Assembly (NCBI GenBank): GCA_964187785.1
Contig: OZ076409.1
Span: forward strand, 81,842,001-81,906,000
DNA: 64,000 nucleotides
DNA from: Amphiscolops sp. MND2022
Lineage: Eukaryota
Direction of reading: 5' to 3'
Below the pieces are notes generated by a model. The model had not been told where the DNA came from and did no database searches. It saw only the letters and a program-made list of their open reading frames with translations. Shown piece after piece: positions 25,462 through 38,224 of this stretch (its first letter is position 1; each line of letters opens with the position of its first letter). The position numbers were made by a program, and so were the translations under genes.

Positions 25462-28400
25462 CTAGCTCTCGTCGGAAGATTCGACAATAGTCCACTTAGC
25501 CTTTCGTTTTCCTGCTGGTGTTTTCTGACTCCGCAATATCGGGCGTCTTGTACAACCCGACAAAACCAGGGTCTTGGTACCCCGCGGCTTACCACCCGTT
25601 CTTCTCCCACGATGTCCACGAGTACTAGGGCCCGGCCTCTCTGCTTTAGCATCGGATTGACGTCCACCCTTTTTGATAGATTTCCCACTCGTACTTGCTT
25701 CTTTAGACCCAACTGGTATTTGGATATTAGCTTGCGTGCGTGCCCCTTTGCCTTTAGTCGGTCCGATGAAACGTTTTGCTTTTGGACTAGTTGAAGGTCG
25801 TATCGGACTAGTCGCAACAACTTCCATGACATTCAACTGCGCTAGAACTGCCGATCTGTAGTCGTCGACCATTGGGGTTACAGCCGAGTCAAGATCATTT
25901 GTGAGTACACTCATACATCGCGTCAAGGTCTGGTCCAGTCCTACTTTCAATAGCTGATCCCATGGCTTGCCACGCACGGCGTCTGACAGCCTCGATACCA
26001 GCATGTCCGTAGTCTCGGCAACACGTAGCAGTCACCGTAAATTTTTTCGAGTCTTTCCCACAAACGAGTGAGCAAATCAGCTTCTCACTAAATGCAAGCT
26101 CGATAGCAAAGTGTCCGTATCTAACGCTGTCGACGCTTCGTCTTTGAAATCGACCTCGTAATCGCCAGTAATAGTGGTGGTTATGACAAGATCCATCACC
26201 TGCTTCAGTTCGCTGCATCGCTCCCAATGAGGATACGACATCCACATAGAGATTACATCCTCTACCACAGGAACATCGTCTTGTAACGCTGTCCATTTGC
26301 GTTTAAAATACTGTATCACATCAAGATATTGCTGCTGTACAGTGCCGCCACTCCCCATGTCTAATAGGCCATGGCTCGGCAAGACAGCACACGTCTCGAC
26401 TAGTGCGTCAACCCGACGGTCGTCTGATCCACTGTGGATTAAAGTAGGGTCGAACGCTGTGAAACTCAGATAGTTCGGCCACACACGTTGCCACATCGAC
26501 GATAAGTTTCTACACAGCGCCACCAACAGTTTTTGTACAGACTTATAAAAGAAGGGCAGTTGGGAGCTAACGTCAAAGCGGAAGAATTGACCAAAGTGGA
26601 GTCGATAAAGGTTGACATCGATGTCAGCGCACTCGCACTCAAAAGGCTTCAACAGGATTGCGACCTCGTAATCAGCTGGAATTCTCGTCATTGGATAAAT
26701 GAGTTCCTTTATCCCGCGGATAAACTGAGCTAATGCTCGTTCAGCAACCAGCCTCCGATCGCGGCGTTGTCCGCATAGCTGCCCGCAGTGTTTAACCACT
26801 AAAACAGCATAAAAAACGTCACTAAAACAAGTTACACACATGGAACACCCTGAAAAAACCTTTCGCTATTATAGTACAATAAGTACACCTGATGCAACAA
26901 ACCCCCCTCCTTTCTTTTTCTTCTCTCCCTCTAACATGAAGCAACGACCAGATACTCACTTAGGTCAAGGGCGAGTCTCAGGATAGCAAACCGCGGTCGC
27001 ACCATAGCATCCTCGAACACTTGTTTCTCCAGAGGTGTCACAATCATAAGCTCCGAGGTTGCGGCCGGACGGGTATCTCCAAAGTGCAATGCCAGTTCAT
27101 TCCATTGTTCGACGACCTCTCCACACACCCTGGCTAATTGAGAAATGTCGTCTCCACCAGAACATATATACTAGAAAAAATAGAAAACACACACCGATTA
27201 ATACTACGGCAACAACCACGATGTTAATCCTACTACATCATAAGTCACTACTCCATTGACAAGCGCTACAAGCCTTATAAAATCCCTTAGTGTCGACCTA
27301 ACCCTTTAGCAAATTTCACATCCGAACTACAACCCACACCACAAAAGACGTAGAAAAAAAAGTAAAGGAAATTATTCTTTGCTCACCTGACGAAAGTTAG
27401 GCATCCGGTCCAGGAAACGCTCTCGCACTGACGGCATCAATCTCACACGGAAGTATTCTAGGATGCTCAAGGGATCCAAACCGCTGAATTCGACTAAGAA
27501 CTGACGTCGAATCTCCTCGAACACAGTACGTGCGGTAATCACGCCCACAACTAATGGGGTACCCGAAACAAGAGAGGCAGCAATTGCTTTTCCGACTAGC
27601 ACCTCTCCTTCCACAGACACTACCTTGATTCCAGCCCCATTCTTCAGACAGGCAAGGACGGGCACAACGTTCTCTACTAGGTGCTTCTCCCACTCACTGG
27701 ATTCGGCCACGACTGACAGGACGAGGGTCTTCACCTGAAGACTACTGACGACATGACATTCACAACGCCATTGACCATGACAATGATGAATGCTCACACC
27801 AGCACAGCTGCTAACTTCCAAAGCTGCATCCAGTTGATCCAGAACGTATGGGTAGAGACCATATAACACCAAACTCTGCAACACAATAACCACATCAAAT
27901 ACAACGAAACACGGTACTATCACGCCAGAACACACGCACAAAAAAAAATTTGACATAATACACACCTGATATCGAGGGTAATTCAGGACTCTGCACTCAA
28001 AGCGCAACTCTGTCGACGTACAGGCACTCCAGGCGTCCACGAGTCTCATGACTCCACCGAACGATGCGGAATTTGTAAAAGCGACGATGAAATTGCACAG
28101 CCACAAGTAGTCTGCGCTTCCCTCGGGTAAGTGCGGCCGCTGACCCTCTAGCTCCTCTTCTTCCTCAATAGCAATCCTTTCCTCTACGGTCAAACTCAGT
28201 TCAGTCTCCATGAACACTGGGGGCTCCGACATACGTTCTCGCCTGATCCTCCGATCTTCTTCAGCAGTTACCGCCCGACAGCTCTTGTCTAGCAATGGTC
28301 GCTGGGTCATAAAACGGTATTTCTGCTCAAGTCTGGTGTGTTCGACCCCCTTCCAGTGGTCCCACAGCGAGGACAAACCGCGGCCAGCGATGCTCAAGTC

Positions 28401-29824
28401 AGCTCTGCAGAGGAGACAACGGGCATATCCATCGATAACACGCTTTCGTCTAGGGAAGCCCACAAAGGTCCCTACGACACCAGAGACAAAGTAGGACGGC
28501 TTCAGCGTCTTAATCTTCCGGGTCCGCACTAAAACAAAAACCACGACTATCTAAACTTCTTCCAAAGAAAAAAAAACAAAAAAAAACAAAAAAAGCAAAA
28601 AAAAGATGTTCGTCCTTAATGTTATAACCCAACCACTAAAACCCATCATGTGATCTTATGAGATTCTTACCAGGTTTTGGAACAACCGCCCCAGAAACAC
28701 CAGACGCTATCACTGAACGGACATCTCCGAACGCTGACGGCATAGGAGAACTTGCGACTGATCCACCACCACGGATTGGAGTCGAACCACGAGGTGGTGC
28801 TACTACGGGAGTTTGTTCAAGACCAGGATCACTCAAAGCTGACGCGCCAGATGCATTGCCCACATTAGCTGCGTTGCCAATGCACGCCTTCAGTCGGTCT
28901 ATCAACTGCTCAACTGCCATGGCTCCTACATTGCCCCTCTGTCCCAGCGCTGTTTCAATAGTCGTCTTCATGACAGACGACACTTTCTTGTCCAGTTCAT
29001 TAATCGAATCAACCAGAGCCTTCATACGCATCGGATCTTGAACTGGCGTACCTAAACAACGAACCACCCGTGATTTGCGAATTGGATGAGGTAGCCCTAA
29101 CCACATTGCGATATTCCAGCAGACACCCCTACAACCCCAACCTGACGACCATGCCTCAGCTGAGTTCAAACAATACGCATTAGTGCATTCAAACGATACT
29201 AACCAGTTGAAGTACACGGTTCGCCTTCCAGCCTAGGCTCCACTGCTACCGCTCCTGAAGGGCCCGGGGTCGGCTCTACTGCAACGGCACCAGACGTGCC
29301 CGTTGACGGCTCATCGAACCGCAGCATCCCACGCAGTACCTTTACGATTTCCACCATACTGAGTTCTTCTAGAACACACGCACACAAATACGAAAGACGA
29401 CACCACACGAGGTAACCTACCCTAACAGTCAAGCCGAGGCAATAGTTCCCGGGAAGAGCTTATGAAACAATGCAACGATATGTACCTTACCCACTATCGT
29501 CACACCATTACACACAAATTGCCTTGAAGTGTTAATCCAACCTACTCATGAAACTACAAAAGGGAAAAGCAACAACTACTTACGGAATTCGGTAGACAAA
29601 GCTATTTCCATCAGCGTCACTGCCGACTCAACGTTCGTGGCACTCAGACGTCCAGCAAACTGGCAACACGCTGGAACGTCCCCTTCAGCAATAACATCTT
29701 CCGCCCCGGCTGCCAGATCATCACCTCCAGAGGAGCGACTCAAACTCGACACTTCTGCTAATAAACCCTCAGCCGCCTGGATCATCGAAGAAATTTCTTC
29801 GTCAGAAGGCCCAACGGACGACAT
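25462..29824 (-). CDS. Antisense accessory gene of element B (at least 7 exons, about 1128 aa), homolog of the element A antisense gene; two in-frame TGA in the last exon
   Basis: Exons 29824-29584, 29368-29204, 29051-28671, 28528-27966, 27875-27387, 27170-26960, 26798-25462, all GT-AG and phase-compatible (3387 nt = 1129 codons). Motif CLLCRADLSIAGRGLSSLWDHWKGVEH; basic tail. Small extra 5' exons are possible. Confidence 0.83.
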
Positions 29825-30776
29825 TGTAGTATTAACAATAACTATCTGTTGAAAGGTCAAACTGCGACAAATTGAGTGAATTTCGATCTACCAGATTTCA
29901 GTATCTTCAATCTGCACATGATGAGGCCTGATCAACCACATCATCTCATACAGAAGATTTTCTATTTACCTTCAAAGAGTGTGTCTACCCACAACTCGAC
30001 ATTATAACCCGCCATTGAACCACCCTTCAAAGAATCGAAAAATTCGAACTATTATGATCGCCACTACATCAACGCACGCTGACATAAAAAACAAGTAACT
30101 GAATTCAAAATTAAACAACCCGAATTCTACCCAAAAACCCACTACCGCTTATGGTACATCCCTCGTTAGGACTGTCGACAAAATACAAACGAAAAAGAAG
30201 AACAATGGAAAATCGCCTACCTATTGTTACTGATTTATTTATTCAGATTATGAACATTTAATTCTACCTCCATCCGGTTTATCGCAATACATACATCAAC
30301 TGTCTTTCTCAGCAAACGAAGTCACAATGGCATCAAGCTACCGCCTATTTTTGGGATCGTATTTGGCATCGACGAAGATTTGTTTACCAAACACACGACA
30401 TTCCACTACCTCTCACTTCCGAACAGTTACCGAATGAGCCGAGAGATTATATTACGCTGCCACGTTATTAATTTCCGGCAAATTCACTCTCGCTCACACT
30501 CTATTACTGTAAACAATGCGCACGATTGGATGACGTGGCTACAGTCGCCACATCGACTTTATATTTACTCTTGACCGAAGTGGAGTGCTCGTAGTGCAGT
30601 GAACATTTTACCAAGCATGATGCCGAGCCATCTACCATGATGCAGTTACTATGACAACGTCACTGCCACTTCCGACGAATAACCAGTACGAAGCTCAAAT
30701 CAGCCGATAGAAACGAACAATTACAAACAAATCTTCTCCACCCCCACCACTTGCTCTTGTCAAAACAGACCCGGAG

Positions 30777-31975
30777 TGTCATGCCTGACGCATGATAATA
30801 CTGAACAACGATGCTCTCAACTAAACAACATCAGTAAAAGATAAAGCATGAGCCGACAATACGCGCCGAAACGTAAATGGAAAAAAGAATGTAGTCATAT
30901 ACACGGCATCACTAAAACCAAAAAACTAAAACTCTTCAGTTACATCATTTGTACATTATTTACATGTCATCACATAACAACCCAATCCCATTTCTATTAT
31001 AATCATACACTCTTAACATGACCTTTTTCAAACCATTCCTAAAGTGCATCACGTAATGTAGTTGATATACTATCGTCGGAACCATTTTTAAAGTAACTAT
31101 TTTATTCATTTCTTCATTAGTTAAACCAGGCTATGCTGGTTACTCAACCGCTTCATTTCATTGCTCAATCATATAGCGCTAGTAACATAAACATACTTCA
31201 TCCCATATGTAGGTGACGTTGGTGATATAACCACATCACAGTGCTTTCTAAATTAAAACATTTACATGTAACGATGGTAATATACCACCATTATAGCCCA
31301 TTATTACTCATTTCAATTAGTGTAGTAAAATTAACACATTATGCGTAACGATGGCAACGCAACATCATCGTAAAGCCTCAAATGGTGCAACCACAAGTAT
31401 GTCGCAATTAACACCTCATTACTAGTGCAGTGCTATTGGTCAATACAGTCACGTGACGTTGTCACGTGACCAACATTGCGAAATCGATAAGAGGTGTAAA
31501 AAGACAGCCATTAACTTTTGGTATAATTTGACGTTTAGCTGCTTACTACATCATTGCGAAAGATTATTCCTTCTCTTCAAACTTAAATTCAACCTTAAAA
31601 TCTCAATTCAAATTCTTTCAACAACTCTAGTTTCTTCGTACAAAATGGTAAATACACGATCTCAGTCAAGAAGTTCCATCCCAGTATTCATGGGTGAAGC
31701 AAATGGAAACGACCGTGTTAGCGATTCCGAAAGTGAATGTAGCATTCCCGACCTCCTCACAAGAGATCAAATTGATGAATTAGACAATGAAAATCTCATT
31801 CATTCTGGACAACATTCCGATCAAATGACTATCGACCAACGTTTCTCAAGTATGAATAGACAAATTAATGAGCTTACTGGACTAGTATTGGCTTTAACGG
31901 AAAAGTTATCCTCCAGTCACGGAGAAGGGAACGATCAAAATACAGTTACCAGTAAGACTAGTGCACGTTCCGACA
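30777..31975 (+). repeat. 3' LTR of element B (includes a truncated copy of the gag N-terminus, ATG at 31645)
   Basis: Direct repeat of 16468..17666, followed by the TSD GGTAC. Confidence 0.97.
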
Positions 31976-34512
31976 GGTACTTCACCAGAGTTAGTTGAAA
32001 ACATTGAGAGTCAATTTTCGGCAAAATTTACTTCAAAGGAATTTTTGCTAACATTACTTCGATGTTTGAAAGTATTTTTAAAAGTGACAATTTAACTGAC
32101 AACAATTTTTTCCACAAACAAGCAGGCCAACCGTAGCATTCGCATTTGAGGAAATTGAAAGTCATGAGATTCTCTATCCGATTGAACGCGCACAAAGTTA
32201 GAGCAGAAACAAAAAGAGGTATAGTATGACTGCACTTTTTCCCATTCTGGGAGATGAACTTTTGAGAAGGATTGATGGAGCGACAAAAATTTTCACCAAA
32301 AAGTGTTTTCAAAAGCTGACGTAGAAGCGTCTATATGAGCCCCACTTTGAATTTTTTCAAATGCACTGTTTTTTTTTCAAACTAAAAAGCAACAATATTT
32401 TCTAGAACGTAAATTCTAGACGACGAGTTTTCTGTTGACTGAATTTCCGTCGATGAAATTTCCGATAACCAATTTTCTGGCGACGAAGTTTCCGGTGATC
32501 TAGAATGTTCAATTCTGATAAAACTAAGAAAATTCTTTCAACAAAATTTGATGTTTTCATCTGTCTTTCGATGATTTGCAAGTTCTTTCGTCACTGTGAG
32601 AGTAAGTTTTCTGTCATCTTCCTTTGGAGTATCTGTCTGCTTTTAAATTTCTTCTTTTTTTTTCATTTTTGCATTATTCCAGAGTATTTTCTGGGCGACC
32701 TCAAACAAAGTCATATTGGACCTTTATGTGAAAGTTTCCATGGAAGTATTTTTTAATTTGTCAAGTTGGAACCATAGGCATATCTGTATGAATAAGAGGC
32801 AACCTCAAATTCTTAGACGCAAGCTGTTTAGTCAGATTGTTCCGTTGCCTTCCTTTGTCGAATCATTTACTCTGCAAGTTTTCTATCTTTTTCCGAAGGC
32901 TTCTTTAAGAGTATATGAAAAAGACCACAGTACCACTGCACATTTTGTTTTTTGACTGTGTTGAATAAAAAAAATGGCCTTATGGCCAGGTTTGACCGCA
33001 ACTTGGGTTACCGGTTGGTAGGGGAGAAACTGAGCAGCATCGCCACCTAGTTGAAACTGCAAGTCGATTAAATAATTTCCTTTTCTTTTTTGCAGCATGG
33101 GCGAAATGTACTAACTTAAGATGAAGAAATTTAAACTTTAAGTTGACTGACACTTCGTGTACATGTATAGAGATGCACTTAAAGTGATAATTTTGGCTGG
33201 ACCTGCGCCATCAAGATTACCCCCAATTTTCAAAATAGCAAGATAACTAAGATGTTTTTATCGTTCTGAGTTTCGCTGATTGGATTAGATAACGATTTTT
33301 CTCACACTAACTAGCCCATTTCTGAAAATCCTTTTTTGCTTTTTCAGTGTTTTTCTTCTGGGAGAGACGAGACTTTCTTTCATTTTACGAGGATATGATC
33401 TTTTCTTTCCTATTTTTAAAAAACTATTATCCAGTGAAGTTATTGTTGTTAGCTGTGTTCAGTGGGACATTTAGAAATGACGCTGGAAACGAATGATTGA
33501 GTTGCTGCAATTTATGGGTCATATGAAATTATACCAGAAGCTTCAAAATACGCATAAAGGTGCATTTGTGGGTACGAACGCCCCACAATTAGTGACGTGA
33601 TTTCCATAAATGACCTTTCTAACCGTTCCTAATTCTTCTGCACCCGATAAGTCTGTCATACAAATTTATTGATCAGAAACTAAATCCGGCTGGATTTGTG
33701 AAAAGCTCCAATTCAATTATCTGTCTGAATTCTCCGCCAGTCTTTCAATTCAAACCCGGATTGCTGTCAAATTCTCAGTTTAATTGATTTACTATTGATT
33801 CCAAATCCAGATTTTGACTCATTAGAAGACGCAAAGTAGCACTGTGGTCAATCCAATTTGAAATCTTAAGAACTCATGATATTGACCTGATCAAGTACAA
33901 ATTTTCTTATTTTTCCGTGGTTTTCTCAATAAATTCGTACAAATTGAAGTAAAACAATGCTTACTCAAAACGACTTCCTCTTTTTCTGGTATCGGAATAG
34001 CATTGTTTATTTTTTCACGTGACAGATTTTTTTAATTAATAATTATCATCATTCTCCCAATCAAGCTGATTCCAGATGGTGCGATTCTGGAATGACAGTT
34101 CAGTCAAAAGAGCCTTAGAGTTTTTACGGATTTTCGATCATATTAGCTGGAAACTTTCAATCATTGCAAAGCTTACAAACACGTGAATAGAGAAAAATTG
34201 GGAAGACTTTCGAGTTTGAAAAATTGGTCGGTCAAGTATTGACATTTTTGGCATTTTTATGCGTTCCCTCTGCCGTGCAAATATTGGCCTACAAAGAAAC
34301 TAATTTTGACAGGAAGCTAATCGATAATGGTTTTGAAAAATTTCACAAAACCCAGCTCTTCAGTTCAAACCGTGGTTTGAAAATTTATTATTCAAATTTT
34401 CAATTCCAAATTATAGTTCGCCTGCTCAAAACAGCCTTTTTAAGTTAACAAAACAGTGTTGGAAAAATTTGGTTCAGGGGAGCACAGAACATTTGGGGTT
34501 GAGGTATGTCAA

Positions 34513-35271
34513 ACAAGACTGGAACGTCTCAAGTCGGCGCCCCACTTGAGGCTCAAAAAGGGAAAAGTTTCTCAAATTTGCTCACGTCTTTTTTAAAATG
34601 AAAAATTCAGATAAAAGTGTCGAAGGTCTCGTGCTGGAAGGAATGAGTTCGCTTGTTGTCGAACCTTCGCCTCATTCCTTTCCGCTTTAGTAAAACGCAA
34701 TATAGTTCAGATATAACGCAAAAAATTTGCATAGTGTTTCAAAAAAAATTATCGGTGGAATCTTAATCTCAGATGAAAAAAAAAAGATAATTTTGAAACT
34801 GTCTCATAGTGCCGAAAAAGTAAAACGTGGGTCTTTGGGCTTTTTTCACATCCAATTTGTTCCAAATTATCTAAAAGATGAAGGGAGCCTTTAGAGACAT
34901 TGAAAAATTTTTGAAAAAGTCTCACATTGCCGAAAAAAATAAAAGAAGGACGCTTCAATCTAGTCCGGTTTTCTATGTTACGTTTAAAAAGTGAAAAATG
35001 AAAGGCGGACTCTTGGCAATAACTTAGATGCGTTTCCCAGGTAATCGTTTAGTTGAACAGACTGAACAAAAGTTTCGTCGCATTCGAGTAGCCACTGCAC
35101 GAGTAAATAGTTTCTGTCAATAACATCTGCTCTGAATGCAAGCCATGGAAACGAGACGGCAAAATGGCTCGGCGAAAGTACGTCTGAAAAACGACCGATT
35201 GAAACATCCAGTTTCAGTAAACTAGTGACTGTAATAGTCGGGCTCTGTTATTTTATAAAAGCGCCAACTAA
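34513..35271 (-). mobile_element. Helentron-like (HINE) non-autonomous element, apparently full length
   Basis: Minus strand starts TTAGTTGGCGC (subterminal IR, with hairpin) and ends GCGCCGACTT...CTTGT; no TSD evident. Confidence 0.6.
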
Positions 35272-36302
35272 AAATTCCTGAACGTGATTAAGCGGCACGG
35301 AACGGAGATTTAACATGAATGGTACAGGCTCCTGAGTCATTATTTGCTGACAAAAATTTACACGAATCTTTAGGTATACTCAGATCAAGAGACAGAAAAT
35401 CTTTTAACAGTTCCTTTAACATGAAATCAACACAATTCTTCAATTCTTTTTCCTTTGTGGTGGAATTTGGAAGAATTAATGACTGTTTTTGTTCACAGAG
35501 ATGATGTATTTATGAAGCACAGTCTTACATCATCTACATGTGTTTGCCCAGTATTGTGCCCGTTTTTTATTTATCTAATTTTGATCTCAGTGTTTCTGGA
35601 CCTTGATTCAAGGTAACATTGAGAATCCGAATCTCATCTTAAAAAATGAATGTTCACCAAGTAAAAAATTTTAAATTAGAAACCAAAAATGCGCCAATTA
35701 CGTCTCAAACATATCCAGTTTGTCTACAAAGTTTGAGAAAATCACGTCCTATTCATTTTCTAATTGCTGATGCTTCCTGCAAAACCGGAAATTTTTTCAA
35801 AATAAAGAAAGTTGTAAGACCCAACCATGCAATAACAACAAGAGACGTCCGAGCAAACTGATAAGGGATGAACCCAGAACGGTTCTTAACCCAAAACTGT
35901 CTTATTACCAGAGGACAAATTGCAAGAGGTCGAAAGACCAGAGGTCATAAAACCACATATTCAAATTACCAGACGGTCAAAATACCCTCAACAGTACCAC
36001 ACATAATTATCAAGGCATAATCGGTATAAAATAGTTCAGTTCTTTCTGAATCCATAGTTTTGCAATAACTACCCGGATTGACCTTCCATGGATATCATAG
36101 TAAGGTCTTAGCAAGATCTTGCCAAAATCTTTGAAAACTTGCGAGAATTGCCGGATGCCATCAAGACATCTTATCAAGACATGCATGTTTCCATGAAAAA
36201 TCACACCAAGAAGCTCAAGATTGCACGACAAGTTTGCTACAAACTACTTGATATCAAGAAAAAAAGCACCATCAGAAAAAACCGAATAAAATTCATGGAA
36301 AA

Positions 36303-36850
36303 ACAAGCAGGGACGGCCCAAGTCGGCGCCACGCTCAAGGTTCAAAAAGTAAAGTTTTTTACATATGCACATGTACACTTTTGTAAAAAATTTATCAATT
36401 TCACTGTGAGAAATTATACCTCAAGGGGTACGCATAAGACTCGAAAACCACTTTTTTTGAAGCCGCCTGTAAGTCGCATAGTGCCAAAAAATGTTAAAAG
36501 GGGGACTCTTTGGGTTTTTTAACATCCATTCTGTTGCAAAATAAAAAAAAATGAGGAAGGTATCATTTTGGTGACATTAAGAAAATTTGCGGAAAAAAGT
36601 CTCACAAAGCCGAAATTACATGTACAAAATATTTTGGTGAAGGGCGAGACTCGAACCTACGTCCTTCTGCTTCGCAGACCTCAAAAAATCCTGATTAACC
36701 TCTATGCATGCTAAGTGGTAGTAGAAGTTACAAGTTTAGTGTGGCAGATAGTGGAAGCAACAGCCTATAAAGCTTATGAAATCTGTCACGTCGTTGGTCT
36801 TAAAAAAACCAGTGCTATAGTCTGCGTTTTCTACGAAAAGCGCTGACTAA
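36303..36850 (-). mobile_element. Helentron-like (HINE) non-autonomous element containing a tRNA B-box fragment
   Basis: Same termini as 34513..35271 (plus strand ACAAG..AAGTCGGCGCC and GCGCTGACTAA); GGTTCGAGTC on the minus strand near 36650. Confidence 0.6.
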
Positions 36851-38224
36851 TAATGTAGAATGCACTCAAAACAATAGAATAACTGGAGGATCCAAAACAT
36901 ACATACTCCTGCAAGCACAAGTTGAAGACCATTTGGCAAAACAGGCCATTTATTAGCGAACTACTTACAAGTTGTAAAATATAAAAACAAAAACAAACGT
37001 TCCAGGGCAAAGAATTGTAACTTTTTCCGAGTCAGTTCCAACAAATGGTTTCTTAACACAAAAATTTTTAGAGTGGGAAGAAAGATGGTACAAAAATTCA
37101 AAAAAAATCAAAATACAAAAATATTAAAGTGAATAACTTCTTTCTAAGCAACGGAATAAGATCTATAAGCACTGGTTCATCATCTAAAACTACTGAATTA
37201 AGATAAGAACTAAAACAAATAAGATTGAAAATTCCCCAGCATGACAACTTGTTCGGTTTTATTCCGAAGATTGGAGGGAAGAACATGATCTAAAGAAAAC
37301 AAGTCGGCGCCATAGTAAGTCGCATAGTGCCGAAAAATGTGAAAGGGGACCTCAAAAAAGCTAATAAAATGTAAAAGGAATGAGATTTAAAGTTTAGATC
37401 TTTTTCCCTTCTTCGAAATTGAGCATGATAATATTTTAGCTCTTATACCTTCAGATCTTATTCTTTAAATTTTATTTCTCCCTATTTATCTGATACCACC
37501 CAAAATATCCATCCTAAGCTCTAGACATCCTTCACAGCTTTTAATAGACCGCAATCATCAAAGCAAAATTCGTCTTCCATTTTTTTATAACTGCGAGTGT
37601 AGACGCCAAAATTGGTTGCTAGAATACGATGAGCGATAAAGCTTCAAACAAAGATATCAAAATTAGCATACCGAAAGCATCCGTCTTTCGCATTACCAAA
37701 ATGTATTGAGCTAAATTTAGTTTAAAATTGACCCGATGATTTGATAATCCGACCTTGACTAGTTTTGTTATAATGTCGTTTTCAAGCTATATTGGTGTAT
37801 TTTTCAATCCTGCACAGGAAATGACTCATTTTTGGCACAAAATTTTTTGAAAACACTACTTCTGTGTAAACCCGTACTTCCCTGCATTTTTGCATCTCCG
37901 AAGTGCGCAATCATCAAAAAGATCAAAATGTGTTCAGAGACGAGCTAAATTAAGATCAGACGTGACATTGAAAATTGTGACATATTTAGTCAAAAGCTTT
38001 GCACGGTGCTGAAGAGTGGTGTGACGTGAAATGCGCTTTTTGATGTTTGATTACTCTATTTATAACGAATTTCACCTCTTTTGCTGTTTGATTTCTCTGA
38101 ACACTGAAGATCCCCGCTGTTGCCGATAATTATGTTTCCTTGGAACTTGCCATCTTACCATCATGGTTCCGTTAACTTCAATTGAGTCGGAGTTCCAACT
38201 CAAGTTGGAAAAATATCATGATTT

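Larger units (their letters stand above)
16468..31975 (+). mobile_element. Complete Ty3/Gypsy LTR retrotransposon B (15,508 bp) carrying an antisense accessory gene
   Basis: 1199-bp LTRs TGTCAT...CCGACA; 5-bp TSD GGTAC at 16463-16467 and 31976-31980; PBS, gag and pol present. Confidence 0.98.

Noticed and set aside
26020..26080. In-frame TGA codons as selenocysteine or an alternative genetic code
   Set aside because: TAA, TAG and TGA interruptions occur sporadically across element B, and all three also serve as true stops. Post-insertion decay is the simpler explanation.
25462..29824. Antisense gene as a recently nested autonomous hAT transposon or a host gene
   Set aside because: No TIRs or 8-bp TSD seen. 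It has the same position and orientation in two separate elements and lies between LTRs that share one TSD.
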